DNA of 64,000 nucleotides from Deltaproteobacteria bacterium (GTDB lineage Bacteria; Desulfobacterota; GWC2-55-46): NCBI GenBank assembly GCA_016177845.1, contig JACOUO010000011.1, positions 128,326 to 192,325 of the forward strand, read 5' to 3'. Shown piece by piece: positions 63,964 to 64,000 of this stretch (position 1 is its first letter; each line of letters starts with the position of its first letter). The notes under the pieces were generated by a model. It saw only the letters and a program-made list of their open reading frames with translations, ran no database searches and was not told where the DNA came from. The position numbers and the translations under genes were made by a program.

Positions 63964-64000
63964 ATGAAGAAGCTTTTGGCTATTTTTGTGATATTGGCTT
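63964..64000 (+). CDS. Start of a CDS with a signal peptide (MKKLLAIFVILA...), truncated by the window end
   Basis: ATG at 63964 followed by a Lys-rich and then hydrophobic segment. Only 12 codons are visible. Confidence 0.25.
   Translation, partial: MKKLLAIFVILA

Overview
This 64-kb window appears to come from a diderm (Gram-negative) environmental bacterium and is almost entirely coding. In order it contains:

- **1–19.8 kb, all on the minus strand.** A PEP-CTERM/exosortase-type exopolysaccharide (EPS) biosynthesis and export locus. It has:
  - an exosortase-associated asparagine synthase;
  - three glycosyltransferases (GT2/GT4);
  - a Wzy/O-antigen-ligase-like membrane protein;
  - a FemAB-like protein and a PEP-CTERM-type polysaccharide deacetylase;
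  - a WbpB/WbpD/WbpE-like trio for a UDP-diacetamido-sugar;
  - a monotopic priming sugar transferase with an N-terminal degenerate GGDEF-like domain;
  - an operon-internal NusG/RfaH paralog with an ops-like GGCGGTAG element;
  - a BY-kinase-like ATPase with a J-domain-like N-terminus, and a MinD-like ATPase;
  - a Wzz-like chain-length determinant, an OM beta-barrel, a Wza-like exporter and a zinc-ribbon PilZ protein.
  The exosortase gene itself is not in the window.
- **20–31.6 kb.** A complete type II secretion system (T2SS). gspC-D-E-F are on the minus strand behind a LuxR/EpsA-like regulator, and gspG-H-I-J-K-L-M are divergent on the plus strand.
- **31.6–33.1 kb.** znuBC-like metal ABC transporter genes.
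- **33.1–40.9 kb.** An extracytoplasmic redox gene set: a cytochrome b561–diheme-c fusion, DUF1924 and DHC cytochromes c, an MBL hydrolase, a TlpA thioredoxin, DUF4266, DUF3570 and ApbE. Three of these transcription units share an almost identical promoter architecture (direct repeats of TAATCTTC placed 6–7 nt upstream of the -10 hexamer). Two of them begin with paralogous ~30-aa hydrophobic peptides. Nested palindromic, MITE-like repeats are interspersed.
- **40.9–47.3 kb.** A TetR regulator followed by a TolC–MFP–RND efflux operon.
- **47.3–50.9 kb.** A Kelch protein, a CapA-family protein, a DUF1858 protein and a GT4.
- **51.0–53.3 kb.** Three tandem small ORFs with strong Shine-Dalgarno (SD) sequences lie behind a sigma-54-like promoter. 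A duplicated palindromic upstream element precedes both the small ORFs and the adjacent PAS-containing sigma-54 enhancer-binding protein.
- **53.4–64 kb.** A D-2-hydroxyacid dehydrogenase, Hsp33, an M48 protease, a Zn-ADH, three membrane proteins including a GT-C/ArnT-like one, Tex and tRNA-Arg(CCT).

All family assignments are from reading the translations by eye; no searches were run.
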